A DNA stretch of 64,000 nucleotides from Octopus sinensis (GCF_006345805.1 NC_043000.1:62001-126000), one strand, 5' to 3'. Positions 25,628 to 38,905 are shown, counted from the first letter of the stretch. Numbers and translations: made by a program. The notes: generated by a model from the sequence alone, not told the origin.

Positions 25628-26939
25628 AACGAAATTTAAATTTTCTAAAGGTTAGTTGCCCGTTTTCAGTTTCAATTTTCCTGTAACAAGCGGATTATAA
25701 GTGGATAAAACAGTGTATTTGGCTTTAGAATAACCCTCTTTAGCCCTTAATTATATGATATATATATATATATATACATATATATATGAATGACATTAAT
25801 TTCTTAAAATCATGCGTTGATTATATGTAAACATTTGCCACAAAATTTTTAGTTAGATTTTGGCGGTGGGGTTAGTTGATTATATCGACTCTAGTTTTCA
25901 ACTGGTACTTACCTGATCGACTCCGAAAATTCACACAAGCTACTGGTCGACCCAGAGTTAAAGGAGAAGTGAGTTGCCTATAGTGCCATGCATTGGGATT
26001 GAACGCGAAATTATGTGATAGAATAATTAAGTATTTAACTAATTGAGACTTTTGATTCCGAACATTGCAATTTTTTCGTTATACGAAATTCTGGTGAGAA
26101 ATCAAATGAAATCTTATACCCGAGAGAGGAAATAATTTGATTAATCGCCAGAATTTCATTTAATTTGGAGAAGTACAATAGGGAAGGTATTGACATGATA
26201 TATTATGAAAAAGTTGGGGGATAAACAAATTCACAGATCACTTAATTTATGGTGTTGCAACAATGTATAACAAGGAAATACTGGAGTTAGTAACGGGAAA
26301 TACCTATGTAGTTGTGTCTATTAAATACGATTTGTCATTGATAATTATAATTCATTTTCGAGGCGGTGCTTTATCATGATCACAGTTTATTGACTATAAC
26401 AGGTAAAATGCGTATTTGAATAATGATTTCTAATTTAAGACGAAGACCAACGATTCGGGAGATGGGAACAGACTATTACAAACATGGGTAATCTTTTTTT
26501 TTTCCGAGATGTGGGCCGCATGAGACATGCCTCATCGTCAAGTGTGCCGCTCTACTAAAAAGAAAGATAATATCTTGTCAGGCCTGCCATTAAGAAGGTC
26601 TTGTGGACCGCAAGTTGTCCATGGCTTGTCTATTACAACGTGTCCGTTTTTTACCCCGGAAGTAGGAAAGACAACGTTGATGTTGGCGGGATATGAATTC
26701 AAAGTATGAAGATCCGAGACAAATACTGCAAGCAATTTCTTCGGCGCTCTAACAACCCAGCTAATCAGCCCCTCTATAAGTGTGTGGATAATTGTGTGGT
26801 ACCATCCACAGGACTGTTGATTACATGTTTTATATAGCTAAGAGTGTCTACATTCCTCTAAACCCCAGCTCGATCAAATATGATAGGTGATTAAACATCT
26901 CGTACTACTGTAATAATATAATAGGGATTAGTGTAATCG

Positions 26940-27372
26940 TAGCGGCAGACGAAATACCTATTTCTTTACTACCCACAAGGGGCTAAACATAGAGGGGACA
27001 AACAAGGACAGACAAACGGATTAAGTCGATTACATCGACCCCAGTGTGTAACTGGTACTTAATTTATCGACCCCGTAAGGATGAAAGGCAAAGTCGACCT
27101 CGACGGAATTTGAACTCAGAACATAACGGCAGACGAAATACCTTTTCTTTATTGCCCACAAGGGGCTAAACTTAGAGGGGACAAACAAGGACAGACAAAC
27201 GGATTAAGTCGATTACATCGACCACAGTGTGTAACTGGTACTTAATTTATCGACCCCGGAAGGATGAAAGGCAAAGTCGACCTCGGCGGAATTCGAACTC
27301 AGAGCGTAGCGGCAGTAGAAATACCGCTAAGCATTTCTCCCAGCGTTATAACGTTTCTACCAGCTTACCGCC
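26940..27372 (-). mobile_element. Tandem Tx1-tailed SINE A units
   Basis: Two ~183-bp units, each followed by GGTATTTCGTCTGCCG. Confidence 0.85.
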
Positions 27373-27809
27373 GTATAATATTAGACGGGACTAATAATTC
27401 TGCCACGTTGCTGCCATTAAATAGTTTCTAATTTTCGTAGAAGGCTAGCAGTTTTAGGGGTAGGAGTTTAGTCAACAACATCGACTCAAGCACAAAACTG
27501 GTACTTTATTTTATCGACTTCGTAAAGGGTTGAAAGGCAATGTTGACCTCGGCGGGATTGGAACTGAGCACGTAGCAATTCTGAAGAAATTTCATTAAAC
27601 ATGTTGTCGTATTGTTTAACGATTCTGCCAGCTCGCCAATATTGCCACGTCATTGTTGGAAAATCATGTCATGTTTCTATGATAAGAAAAAATATATTAA
27701 AATTTTTTTCCGAAAACAGGAAAATTATCATAAAATGTAAATAAAAAAAAACAGCAACGAGCAGAAACTCAATCACAATCTCAAGAACGATACTAAGGAA
27801 AATATTAAC

Positions 27810-28041
27810 AAATCATCAACATCATCATCATTGCCATCATCATCATCATCATCGTCGTCGTCGTCGTCGTCATCGTCGTCATCATCATCATCATCATCAT
27901 CATCGTCATCGTCATCGTCATCGTTATCATCACTATCATCGTTATCATCATCATCATCATCGTCATCATTATCGTCATCAACAACACCCGCCGCCGCCGC
28001 CAACACCACACCACCATCTCTCTCACCACCACCACCACCAC

Positions 28042-28075
<34 letters not shown>

Positions 28076-28575
28076 TCATCGTCATCATCGTCGTCGTCGT
28101 CGTCATCATCACTATCATCGTTTATCATCATTTTCGTCCTCAACATTACCCGCCACCGCCACCACACCGCCAGCTCTCTCACCACCACCACTACCACCAC
28201 CGCTATCATCATCATCATCATCATCATCATCATCGTCATCATCGTCGTCGTCGTCACCATCACTATCATCGCTATCATCATTATCATCGTCATCATTATC
28301 GTCCTCCACCCGCCGCCGCCACCACACCGCCATCTCTCTCACCACCACCACCACCACCACCACCACTGCTATCATCATTATTATCAGTATCATAAGAGAC
28401 AAGGAAAAGAAAAAAGAAAGAAAAAAAAAGAAAAAAGAAACTATGATTACAATGTCGATGGCGATGGCAATAAGAACGACAGCAACGATAATAATATTAA
28501 CAACAACAACAACGACAACAACAACGATAACAACAACAAAAATAATCCACAGCAACAACAACAATAATAATAATC
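27810..28575. repeat. (CAT/CGT/CAC)n region with a thrice-repeated higher-order unit
   Basis: CCCGCC..GCC..CACACC..C(A)..TCTCTCACCACCACC recurs near 27987, 28148 and 28308. Confidence 0.8.
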
Positions 28576-28699
28576 GAGTGTGAACAAACAAAATCGAAGT
28601 GGTTTCTACAACATTGGCCCTCTTACTTCTTATCTCTATTCTCTATTTGATACTCATTTGTGTAATTTACTCACTAAAACATGGTACTTGAAGTTACAA

Positions 28700-29260
<561 letters not shown>

Positions 29261-29441
29261 CATATATATGTGCACACACACAAACACCTTAAAAGTTGTT
29301 AATTTCTCTTCTTTTTCTCTAGATTTTATTTGTTGGGTTTTTGTGTACTTGGTTCATGACCCGGTGTCATATGTAAAAAGACAAACGTGGCGTACTTGAT
29401 ATGAAGTAGGATCAGAAGTACAAAGGATTCGTGTTCTAATA

Positions 29442-29634
29442 CAGTGGTCCTCTACCTTTTATTTTGTTCACTTGCTGTACACTTATATGCTTCCCAAAAT
29501 TTTGCGGCACGCTTGAACTAAGAACATAACTAAAAGTATAAGGAAAAAAAATTATATTCAAGTTACACTGCGGCACACCCAGTATCGTCTCGTGGAACAA
29601 CAGTGTGCCGCAGCATACCGGTTGCGGAGCACTG
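29442..29634. mobile_element. Possible hAT-type MITE remnant
   Basis: CAGTGGTCC.../...GGAGCACTG termini with internal GCGGCAC/GTGCCGC motifs; no clear TSD. Confidence 0.35.
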
Positions 29635-29899
29635 TTTGTAATATGGCCGCAAGCAGTTTCATTGTTCATCATTTATCTTGTTTTAGTCAAGGGACTGCGG
29701 GTATGCTGGGGAGTGGGGCCCCGCCTTGAAGGGTTTTAGTGGACCATATCGACATCGATGCTTATGCTTTTTTACAGTCTGGTATTTATTTTATAGGTCT
29801 CTTTTGCCGAAGTGCTATGTTATGGGTCCGTAGACAAACCTACACCAGTTATGAAGCGGTATTGTGAGACAAATACAAATACACACACACATCTCTCCC

Positions 29900-29970
<71 letters not shown>

Positions 29971-29971
29971 G

Positions 29972-30007
<36 letters not shown>

Positions 30008-30168
30008 CCTATCTATCTAGCTGTCTATCTATATATCTATCTATCAAGCTGTCTATATGTCTGTCTGTCTGTTTAACTGACTAGCTGGAGAGTTATTACT
30101 CTTTCCCCCTCTTTCTCTGACTCTATCTATCTATCTATCTATCCATCTATCTATCTACCTATCTGTCC

Positions 30169-30249
<81 letters not shown>

Positions 30250-30250
30250 A

Positions 30251-30645
30251 CCACTTGAAAAGGAAAGTGAGAGTAGAGAGGCAAGTTTTGTCTAGCGAAT
30301 GTTTTAAAAAAAGATGGGTGAATGTAGCAAGGATGGTACGTATGAATGACGAAGCCACCTTGAGCATAATCCTATGAACTCAGAAATTGAAAACAGAGGG
30401 TTACCCACTTGCAAACAAATGTGGTAACATATAACAATATTGACCAAGGTTACGGTGGTCTTTTTCGTAGGCTTTTCTTCCCACGGATAAACCTTACTTG
30501 CTTTCCCCTTTACACCATATATCATAACACTGTGATACACGATCCCTATTGATCGTTTTTTTTCCTCTTCCCCCTTTTTTCCCCTTTTTTCTTCTTTTTT
30601 CATTTCTCTTTTCTTTTGTTCCTTTTCCTTTTCTTCCTTTTTTTA

Positions 30646-30677
<32 letters not shown>

Positions 30678-30845
30678 CTTTTCTTTTTTTTTTTTTCTTC
30701 CCTTTTACGATCCCTCTTGATCGAAAACCTACGCCACCCCCTTTTTTCGTTTCTTTTGTTTTTTGTTTTTTTCATCCCCCAAAAGAAAAGCTCTACCTTG
30801 TAACTTGTCCCATCTGTGTACAGCCCTGTGTGGCCAATAAAGAAA
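30251..30845 (+). mobile_element. Tx1/L1-clade LINE 3' fragment inserted in a (TATC)n tract
   Basis: 30255-30377 encodes LKRKVRVERQVLSSECFKKRWVNVARM...* (resembles a Tx1 ORF2 C-terminus, by recall); T-rich 3' UTR ending AATAAAGAAA; (TATC)n on both sides. Confidence 0.6.
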
Positions 30846-30846
30846 C

Positions 30847-30962
<116 letters not shown>

Positions 30963-31891
30963 TATATTAATACGACAAGCTTCTTTCAATTCCGTCTATG
31001 AACTTCACTTAACATAACCTCGGTCAGTCCGACGCTATACCACAAGATACTTCTCCACCGGAAACGATGTCGTTGCGACACAGAGCTCTGTATCTCTCTC
31101 ATTTAAGAGGGTAGGTTAGGTTTGATGGAAATTTGGCTGGTATTTCTAAATCGTGTTTCAAACGTGTATTTAGGACTGCATTATCTAGAATGTCCTGTTC
31201 TTACTTACGATGTTAGGGTGTGATATGAAAGAAATTTGGTTTCCATTTCTAGTGGACCACGAGACGTCGTACAAACACTCCCAATGTCCTCAGAACCAAA
31301 CGTCTTAATTTACAATGATCGTATCTTGACATACAGCCATATTACTGAAGTTACATCTGATCAGTCTGTGAGAAATGTATGTAATTATACTATATACGTC
31401 CTTTCCCAGCCCAACCTGATGTTTTTAATTGACCCTGCCATTGAATTTAGAGACGATTTCATGCCTACCCATGTCTCATAGCAAATAGAAACAACATATT
31501 ATAATACTGTAATAGAATAGCTATAACAAGAAAAAATTATATATATATATATGTCAGTTTGTTTGCGTATGTGTGCGTGTTTGCGTGAGCGGACAGGCCC
31601 GTGTGTGTGAGTCTATATGCACACACATAGATTAATACGTCCATATGTGTGAATGTGCGTGTCATATATGTATGTACACACACACACACACACACGCACA
31701 CAGACACACACACAAACATATGTACATGTATATGTATGCACATACGCACACACATATTTGTATGAAAATGTATGCATGTATGAATGCATGTATCTGGAGT
31801 CGTGTGTAGTAAATTTTGCAGTTAAAATATGCATTAATTTGTAACTTTATAGGTCGCTCGGTTTCTCTATTTTGAGGTATCTATAACTATG

Positions 31892-31923
<32 letters not shown>

Positions 31924-32077
31924 CACATATTTATATGTATATATGTATGTGCTTGTATGTACCTATGTATGTGTAAATGTGTTAGTGTCTATGTATGCAT
32001 GTGTGCTTATATATATATATATATATATATTCATACACATACACAGAAGCACACAAATACACACATATACACACTCA

Positions 32078-32131
<54 letters not shown>

Positions 32132-32916
32132 AACACACACACACACAGCTATCCGTATGTTTATACAATACACGTAGGTGAATATTTCTGTAATTTCATG
32201 CACGTGGATATGCATTGAATTGGCCCTTTTTTATTCCAAGCCAAGCAGTCACATCTCTGAATTTTCTACCTACGTTCCGTCTTAAAACAGCCATACAATT
32301 TATTCAGCGTGTCATTCTGAGGTCATTAACTAACATCTAACATTTTTGACATCTCAAGCAAAGTTTCTCCTGAGATCTTAATGTCGCAGCCACCCAAAGT
32401 CATTCACCTTCTCATTTGAAATTTTCATTAGTTTTTTTTTTTTGTTTTTTAATCCACAAATAATTCACATGGATATGTTAAAAGTCATTAAAGGAACTTT
32501 AACCTATCATACTATAGTCAGTACATCATTCTTAATTTCCATCCCAATTTATTCAAAGCAAAGATGAGCACACCCTGAAGTTGTTTTTTATTTGTTAGAT
32601 TCGTGTCTTTTCTTCTTGTTGTTGTCTGCGGTGATGTAGTTTTTGTTGTCGTAGTCGTTTAGTGACCAGGTTATATTTCACGAAACGGACACCAATAATC
32701 GAATATGTTCCAGTTATGACCCTCCTGTCTGTTATTCAGGAAAATACATTCGCTGATTTTGTAAATGGTTCGAAAGATTCTTTATGTGAACTCGTGTTTT
32801 GAAACAATTCAGAAACAAATTTGTTGTATCTCGGAAGGGTCATTATGCCAACAGTAAACACACACACACACACTGGTTCTATTTCACTTCTTTTGTTACG
32901 ATTATTAGTCGACTGA

Positions 32917-33130
32917 AGGCGGCGAGCTGGCAGAATTGTTAGTGCGCCGGGTAAAATGCTTAACAGCATTATCGTCCGTCTTTACGTTGTAAGTTCAAAT
33001 TCTACCGAGGACGACTTGCCTTTCATCCTTCGGGATCGATGAAATAAGTACCAGTCAATCATTGGGGTTGATGTCATCGACTAACTCCTTCTCCTAAAAT
33101 TTCAGGGCTTGTGCCTACAACAGAAAGGAT
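32917..33130 (+). mobile_element. SINE A
   Basis: Full head and standard tail. Confidence 0.85.
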
Positions 33131-33269
33131 AATCATAAGTCGATTGCAGGTGGGGATCTGGTACAATTGAAACACAATGAACTTCTTGAAGGATCCACGG
33201 ACAATTTGGTTGCAAATGCAATGACTCAGTTATCGAAAAGATAGTATCAAATAGACGCATTGTTTTCTA

Positions 33270-33780
33270 GATATGGCTTTGTGTTCAGTTCTACCACGCA
33301 GCACCTTGGACAAGTGTCCTTTACTCTAGACCCCGGAAGAGCAAAGCATTGTGAGGGAATTTGGTAGACAGAAACTTGCCTTTCATCCTTTCGGAGTACC
33401 AGTTACGCACTGGGGTCGATATAATCGACTTAATCTGTTTGTCTGTCCTTGTTTGTCCCCTCTGTGTGTAACCCCTTTTGAGCAGTAAAGAAATAAGAAA
33501 CTATGTGGAAGCTCAGAGTATATATGTATATAAATGTGTATTTGTGTGTGTGTGTATGTGTTTGTGCGCGCGCATGTCCTTGTGTTTGTCCAACCTATAT
33601 CTTGACAACCGGTGTTTAACTACCTGTAACGTAGCGGTTCAGAAAAAAATGCAGAATAGAGTAAGTGCCAAAGTAAAAAGAAGAAAAAAATAGGTACTGG
33701 ACGCATTTAATTGACTAAACCCTTCTAGCTGGTGTTCCAGCATGGCTACAGTCCAAAGACTAAAACAGACAAAAGTGTGA
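33270..33780 (+). mobile_element. SINE B containing a truncated Tx1-tailed SINE A (33376-33497)
   Basis: AGAAACT is duplicated around the insert. Confidence 0.65.
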
Positions 33781-34094
33781 AAAATTTAAGAATTTTTTTG
33801 AGTAAGATGTCTGAAGAATAGCAAAAGAAAGCTAAATTAGACGTTATAGCTGCAAGAGGTATGGCACAACAGATGTAACAAAACAGATCTGGATTCTAAA
33901 TTATTGTACAAGATATTCGAAGCAAGGGACCAAAAAGCATACAGTTTTTGGAGGCAACGCGAGTGTTTTGTAAAATAATATCTTTTTCAGGATGTAGTTA
34001 GCAAGTTATCTTTGAATCTGATACGATGTTCTACAGGGAGGTTAGAAGAAATGTCTTCCCGTTGGTTATCTAAAGATAGTCAAAGGATGAATAT

Positions 34095-34620
34095 TATTAG
34101 TTTCAAATTTTGTCTCAAGGCCAGTAATTGTAGGGGAGGGGATAAGTCGATTAAATCGACTCCGGTGTTCAATTGGTTTTTATTTTATCGACCCCGAAAG
34201 GATTAACGACATAAAGACTTCGGCGAAATTTGAACTCAGGACATAAGGACGGACGAAATATCGCTAAGAATTTCGCCTGGAGTGCTAACGATTCTTATTT
34301 CTTTATTGCCCACAAGGGCAAAACATAGAGGGGACAAGCAAAGGCAAAGAGATTAAGTCGATTACACCGACTCCTGTGCGCAACTGGTACTTAATTTATC
34401 GACCCCGAAAGCATGAAAGGCAAAGTCGACCTCAGCGGAATTTGAACTCAGAACGTAGCGGCAGACGAAATACGTCCTAACGATTCTGCCGTTACGTTCT
34501 CAGTTCAAATTCCGCTGAGATCGATTTTAACTTTCAGGGTCGATAAAATAAGTACCGGGTTCGATCTAATCGACTTATCACCTGCCCCCGAAATTGCTGG
34601 CGTGTTGCCAAAATTTGAAA
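34095..34620. mobile_element. SINE A cluster (nested - strand copies plus an inverted + copy)
   Basis: Central domains occur in both orientations. Confidence 0.75.
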
Positions 34621-34904
34621 TAAATATTATTTATCACTTTGACTATCTTTAGATAACCAACGGGGAAGACATTTGATTTCAAATTTTGGCACAAAGCCAG
34701 CAATTTCGGGGACAAGGGAGAAGATATTTCGACCAAGAAATTGTGGTTAAAATAAAGATTTATATTTTACTGAATTAGTTTGGATGAAGAAACTATGCCT
34801 ATGACCTTTGCTAACCCTCCGAAATCAGTGAGGTCAGTCGAGTTAATGTCATGTTTGAACAGTTACAAGTCGACTGATGCAGCTAAAAAAAAAAAGAAAG
34901 AGGG

Positions 34905-35360
34905 GAGGCTGGTAAAAGAGCCGAACTTGTTATAATCAATTTGAACTTCGTTCCTATCCTCACCAAATATTGGGTTATGGCTGAAAGAGCACGATCACTA
35001 ATACAAACGGCCGAAATTGGGTTGCTCCGGTGGATTTCTGTAATAACGTTACTTGACTGGGTACATAGATCGGAGATCAGAGAGTCTCTCGGTCGATCGG
35101 ATACTTCTCCGCATTGTGAGGTCACAGTTCCGACACAACGGATATGTGGTTAGAATGTCGCTGGAAAACAAAATATCGCAAGACGGATTCTTCAAGCCAG
35201 ACCAAGAACGTGATAGACAGGATCCATAGTCTCAGCTCGTCACACTTGGAAATGCTTCCAGAAAGTGTAATGACGGCTGCTTTTGAAAGAACCCAATGGA
35301 TGAGGTACTTGAGGATTCTATCCCTTTTACCCTCCCTAGTATAGAGGACGGAGAAGGATG
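34905..35360 (+). mobile_element. RTE-X/Expander-like LINE 3' fragment, decayed
   Basis: FVPILT..WVMAERARSLIQTAEIGLLRWIS..TLLDWVHRSEIRESLG. Confidence 0.75.
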
Positions 35361-35652
35361 GGTGGATGGAAGTGAATTCCTGAAGGTTGACGTTCTGAAG
35401 AGAAAGGATTGAATATAGTGATTTGTGTGACACAACATGTATGTCGGAAGAAGGCGAGATAATAGAGGCAACAACAGATCTATTAGTCCCGAGCAGAAGT
35501 GCAATTGTACAAGCGAAAGAAAGCAGAGTACAGTGTCGTTACATTTGTAGACCGGAGGCTAGAGACTGTTGGTAAACAGTAGCTCTTTTTAGGATGCTTC
35601 TTCTTGTATTAGATCTTTGCTATCGAACTTCTATAAGAATGAACCAGTATCC

Positions 35653-35826
35653 TATTTCTTTACTACCCACAAGGGGCTAAACACAGAATGGACAAACAAC
35701 GACAGACAAACGGATTAAGTCGATTATATCGACCTCAGTGCGTAACTGGTACTTAATTTATCGACCCCGAAAGGATGAAAGGCAAAGTCGACCTCGGCGG
35801 AATTTGAACTCAGAACGTAACGTCAG
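35653..35826 (-). mobile_element. 5'-truncated Tx1-tailed SINE A with perfect 14-bp TSD
   Basis: ATGAACCAGTATCC at 35639-35652 and 35827-35840. Confidence 0.9.
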
Positions 35827-35858
35827 ATGAACCAGTATCCGTCAATTTGCTATTTCTA

Positions 35859-36004
35859 TCTACGAAGCCCAAGAAGTAAATATGCAGTAATAAGTTGTGC
35901 GAAACAGGGTTTATTTTTTAAAAATACCTGAGGAAACACATCTACACCGAAGGATACACCTAAAGCAGTTGTGCAGTATCCCACACGCGCGGGATCGATG
36001 CTAG
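35859..36004 (+). mobile_element. Possible mini-Helitron
   Basis: A|TC start; ATCCC..GGGAT hairpin followed by CTAG|T. Confidence 0.4.
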
Positions 36005-36150
36005 TATATGGAAACGACTGTAGTGATCAGTAAAGATACTCGTATATTTCATCTTCCATCTGTTTCATTTACCACATACCCAGCGAACCATTGAACGTGC
36101 TTTACCGGCAAACTACCAGGTGTATACTATAAGATTTATTATTAACTAAC

Positions 36151-36189
<39 letters not shown>

Positions 36190-36233
36190 TATATATATAT
36201 AGTTATATGTATATATATAATATATATATTTAG

Positions 36234-36270
<37 letters not shown>

Positions 36271-37045
36271 ACATGACCAACGCTGGTCATCAACACACAG
36301 AAACACCTCCCTCTCACGCACTACACATATATACGATGGGTTTCCACACATTTTCCGTTCACCAGATTCACTCACAAACTATCAGCCTTTACAAAGCAAA
36401 GACGAAAAAGGCATGATCAGTCAACAGAAAAGCCATCAAATCGTTGATGCTCGATATGGCGCCCATGTCTTTTCCCGAAAAAGAATTTGCGTCTTTAGAG
36501 ACCAAGCGTTATTCTAAATTAGAAATCGAAACCAGATCACTGACTCTTTTGCTAACCTTAGTCCTCGGCACTTGGTTCACATTCTACAGATATTGCTGAT
36601 AACCAGTTTGTTACATCCGTGTTCTTTGAACTCGTTAATCAGTGATTGACTTGAAAACAACATTGACGACAACAACAACAACAACAATAATGAGTGAAAT
36701 AACAGAAGAAGAAGAACAACAATAACAACAGCAACAACAAGAAAAAGAGAAACAACGACGATGCAATAACAATGATTTCATGGCAGATAACCTAAATATG
36801 CATCACATTTAACTAAAGTCCTAATAAATCGAGGTTCATGGAAAAATTTGGAAGGCGTATTCAGTGATGTTAGAACAATAGTTTATATACAGTGTAGCGC
36901 TTAATATCACCGTGTCCGACCAGGCTATCAGATGTTGCTATACATCGCTGGTCACAATGCGCTTCGCAATGTTTTAGCCTTGAAATGACGCCATCCCGCT
37001 GGCTAAACGAGCAGGCTAGTAGCTCTTAGTATATGATGTAAGAAA

Positions 37046-37630
37046 GGCGGCGAAATGGCAGAAAACGTTAGCACGCCGGGCGATATGCTTAGCGGTATTT
37101 CTACTGCCGCTACGCTCTGAGTTCAAATTCCGCCAAGGTCGACTTTGCCTTTTATCCTTTCGGGGTCTATTAAATAAGTACCAGTGACGCACTGGGATCG
37201 ATATAATCGACTTAGTCTGTTTGTCTGACCTTGTTTGTCCCCTCTGTGTGTAGCCCTTGTGGGTAGTAAAGAAATAGGTATTTCGTCTGCCGCTACGTTC
37301 TGAGTTCAAATTCCGCCGAGTTCGACTCTGCCTTTTATCCTTTCGGGGTCGATTAAATAAGTACCAGTTACGCGCACTGGGGTCGACATAATCGACTTAA
37401 TCCGTTTGTCTGTCCTTGTTTGTCCCCTCTATGTTTAGCCCCTTGTGGGTAGTAAAGAAATAGGTATTTCGCCTGTTTTTATGTTCTGAGTTCAAATTTC
37501 GTCGAGGTCGACTTTGCCTTTCATCCTTTCCTGGTCGATAAATTAAGTACCAGTTGCGTACTGGGGTCGATGTAATCGACTGGACCCCTCCACAAACATT
37601 TTGAGCCTTGTGTCTAGAGTAGAAAAGAAT
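37046..37630 (+). mobile_element. SINE A triple: head, body+Tx1 tail twice, then body+standard tail
   Basis: GGTATTT restarts at 37094, 37277 and 37463. Confidence 0.9.
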
Positions 37631-38735
37631 ATATGAATTGAGAATTTTGAAGGCAGCGATCCGGCAGAATCGTTGGCACGACGGGCAAAATTCTTAGCGG
37701 CATTTTGTCTATCAGCACGTTCTGCATTCGACATTCCCTTTCATTCCTTATGGTAGTAGATACAATAAGTACCCAACTGACTGGAGTCGATGTAATTTCA
37801 TTTAACTCTTCCACTGTACTTGCTGGCGTGGAGTCAAAATCTGAAACCGATACTTGATGTAAAAACTTTAAGGCGACGAGCTGGCAGAATCGTTAGCATG
37901 CTGGGCAAAATGCTTAGCAGCACCTTGTCCGTTCTCCTTTACGTTCGGAGTTCAATCTCCGTCAAGGTCGACTTTGCCTTTCAACCTTTCGGGGTAGATA
38001 AAATAATATCAGTTGAGCACTGAGGTCGGTGTAATCGGCTTACCTGTTTCCCCAATCTTGCTGGCCCTGTGAAACCAATAAATTATGAAAGAATTTTTTT
38101 ATATTAACTGTAAACAGAAATAAAGGAGTGAATACAAGTAGTTGTATGTTACGCTAAGGTCAAGTACAAGTCAATGAAAATGATGTAAATAGAAAATAAC
38201 TGATAACAATTCAAGTCTTTTGAAGCTCCTCGTGGGTACGGCTCATGGCGCAAGTATGACTGTGTGGTTAGGAGACTGTCTTTACAACATGGTGGTTTCG
38301 AGTTCAGTTCCACTTCGCGGTTCCTTTAGCAAGTGTCTTCTAATATAGCCCTGGGATGCTCAGTCGTTCTAAGTGAATTTGATAGACTGGAACTTGTATG
38401 ACCGAAGAATATATTGTCGGTATTTTGACTAAAGAGATCTGAGTTCAATATCTGTCACAGGCGTTTTGTTATGAGATGTGGGACGGTAAATGATTGAAAC
38501 GGGATGGCAGTTTGTAACTGTATAGGTTATCTATACAGTGTTTTGGTACGCGTAGCGGATGTAGTTGTACTGGTCAAAATCACCAATGAACAAAGACCTT
38601 CAAGGTGGAATCTCTAGTGACGACTACATTTTTCCTCATATTCTTTTGCTTTTTGATATAAAATGCCCTAGGGCGGTGTCACCCTAAAGCTCCCTCAGAA
38701 CGTCAAATATGAAGTGTGCTTTAAACCGTTAATCT

Positions 38736-38895
38736 CTACACATTTTTTTCTATCTCCGGCTTTTCGTTCTCTCTCCATTATTTTTCCATTCTGTCGAAGA
38801 GCGTAAGCTCAAAACGTCAGAAACTTTATTCATTCTTCTTGGGCGGCGTCAAACTAATACACCTGTTTGTTGTTCCCATACCTGTCTTCGTCTTT
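38736..38895 (+). mobile_element. Dispersed 'CUGU' hammerhead-like element, diverged
   Basis: CTGTCGA-A-GAGC gtaa GCTC-AAAA-CGTC at 38791-38818. Confidence 0.6.
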
Positions 38896-38905
38896 AAACC
38901 ATGTG

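Larger units (their letters stand above)
23668..25759 (+). mobile_element. Tandem array of a 495-bp hammerhead-containing unit (4 full copies plus ~113 bp); retrozyme / non-autonomous Penelope-like element
   Basis: Units start at 23668, 24163, 24657, 25152 and 25647. Copies appear identical apart from a 1-nt deletion in copy 2. Flanked by (TA)n on both sides. Confidence 0.9.

Noticed and set aside
23668-25759. CRISPR-like array or satellite DNA interpretation
   Set aside because: No unique spacers, eukaryotic context, only 4.2 units, and an embedded ribozyme.
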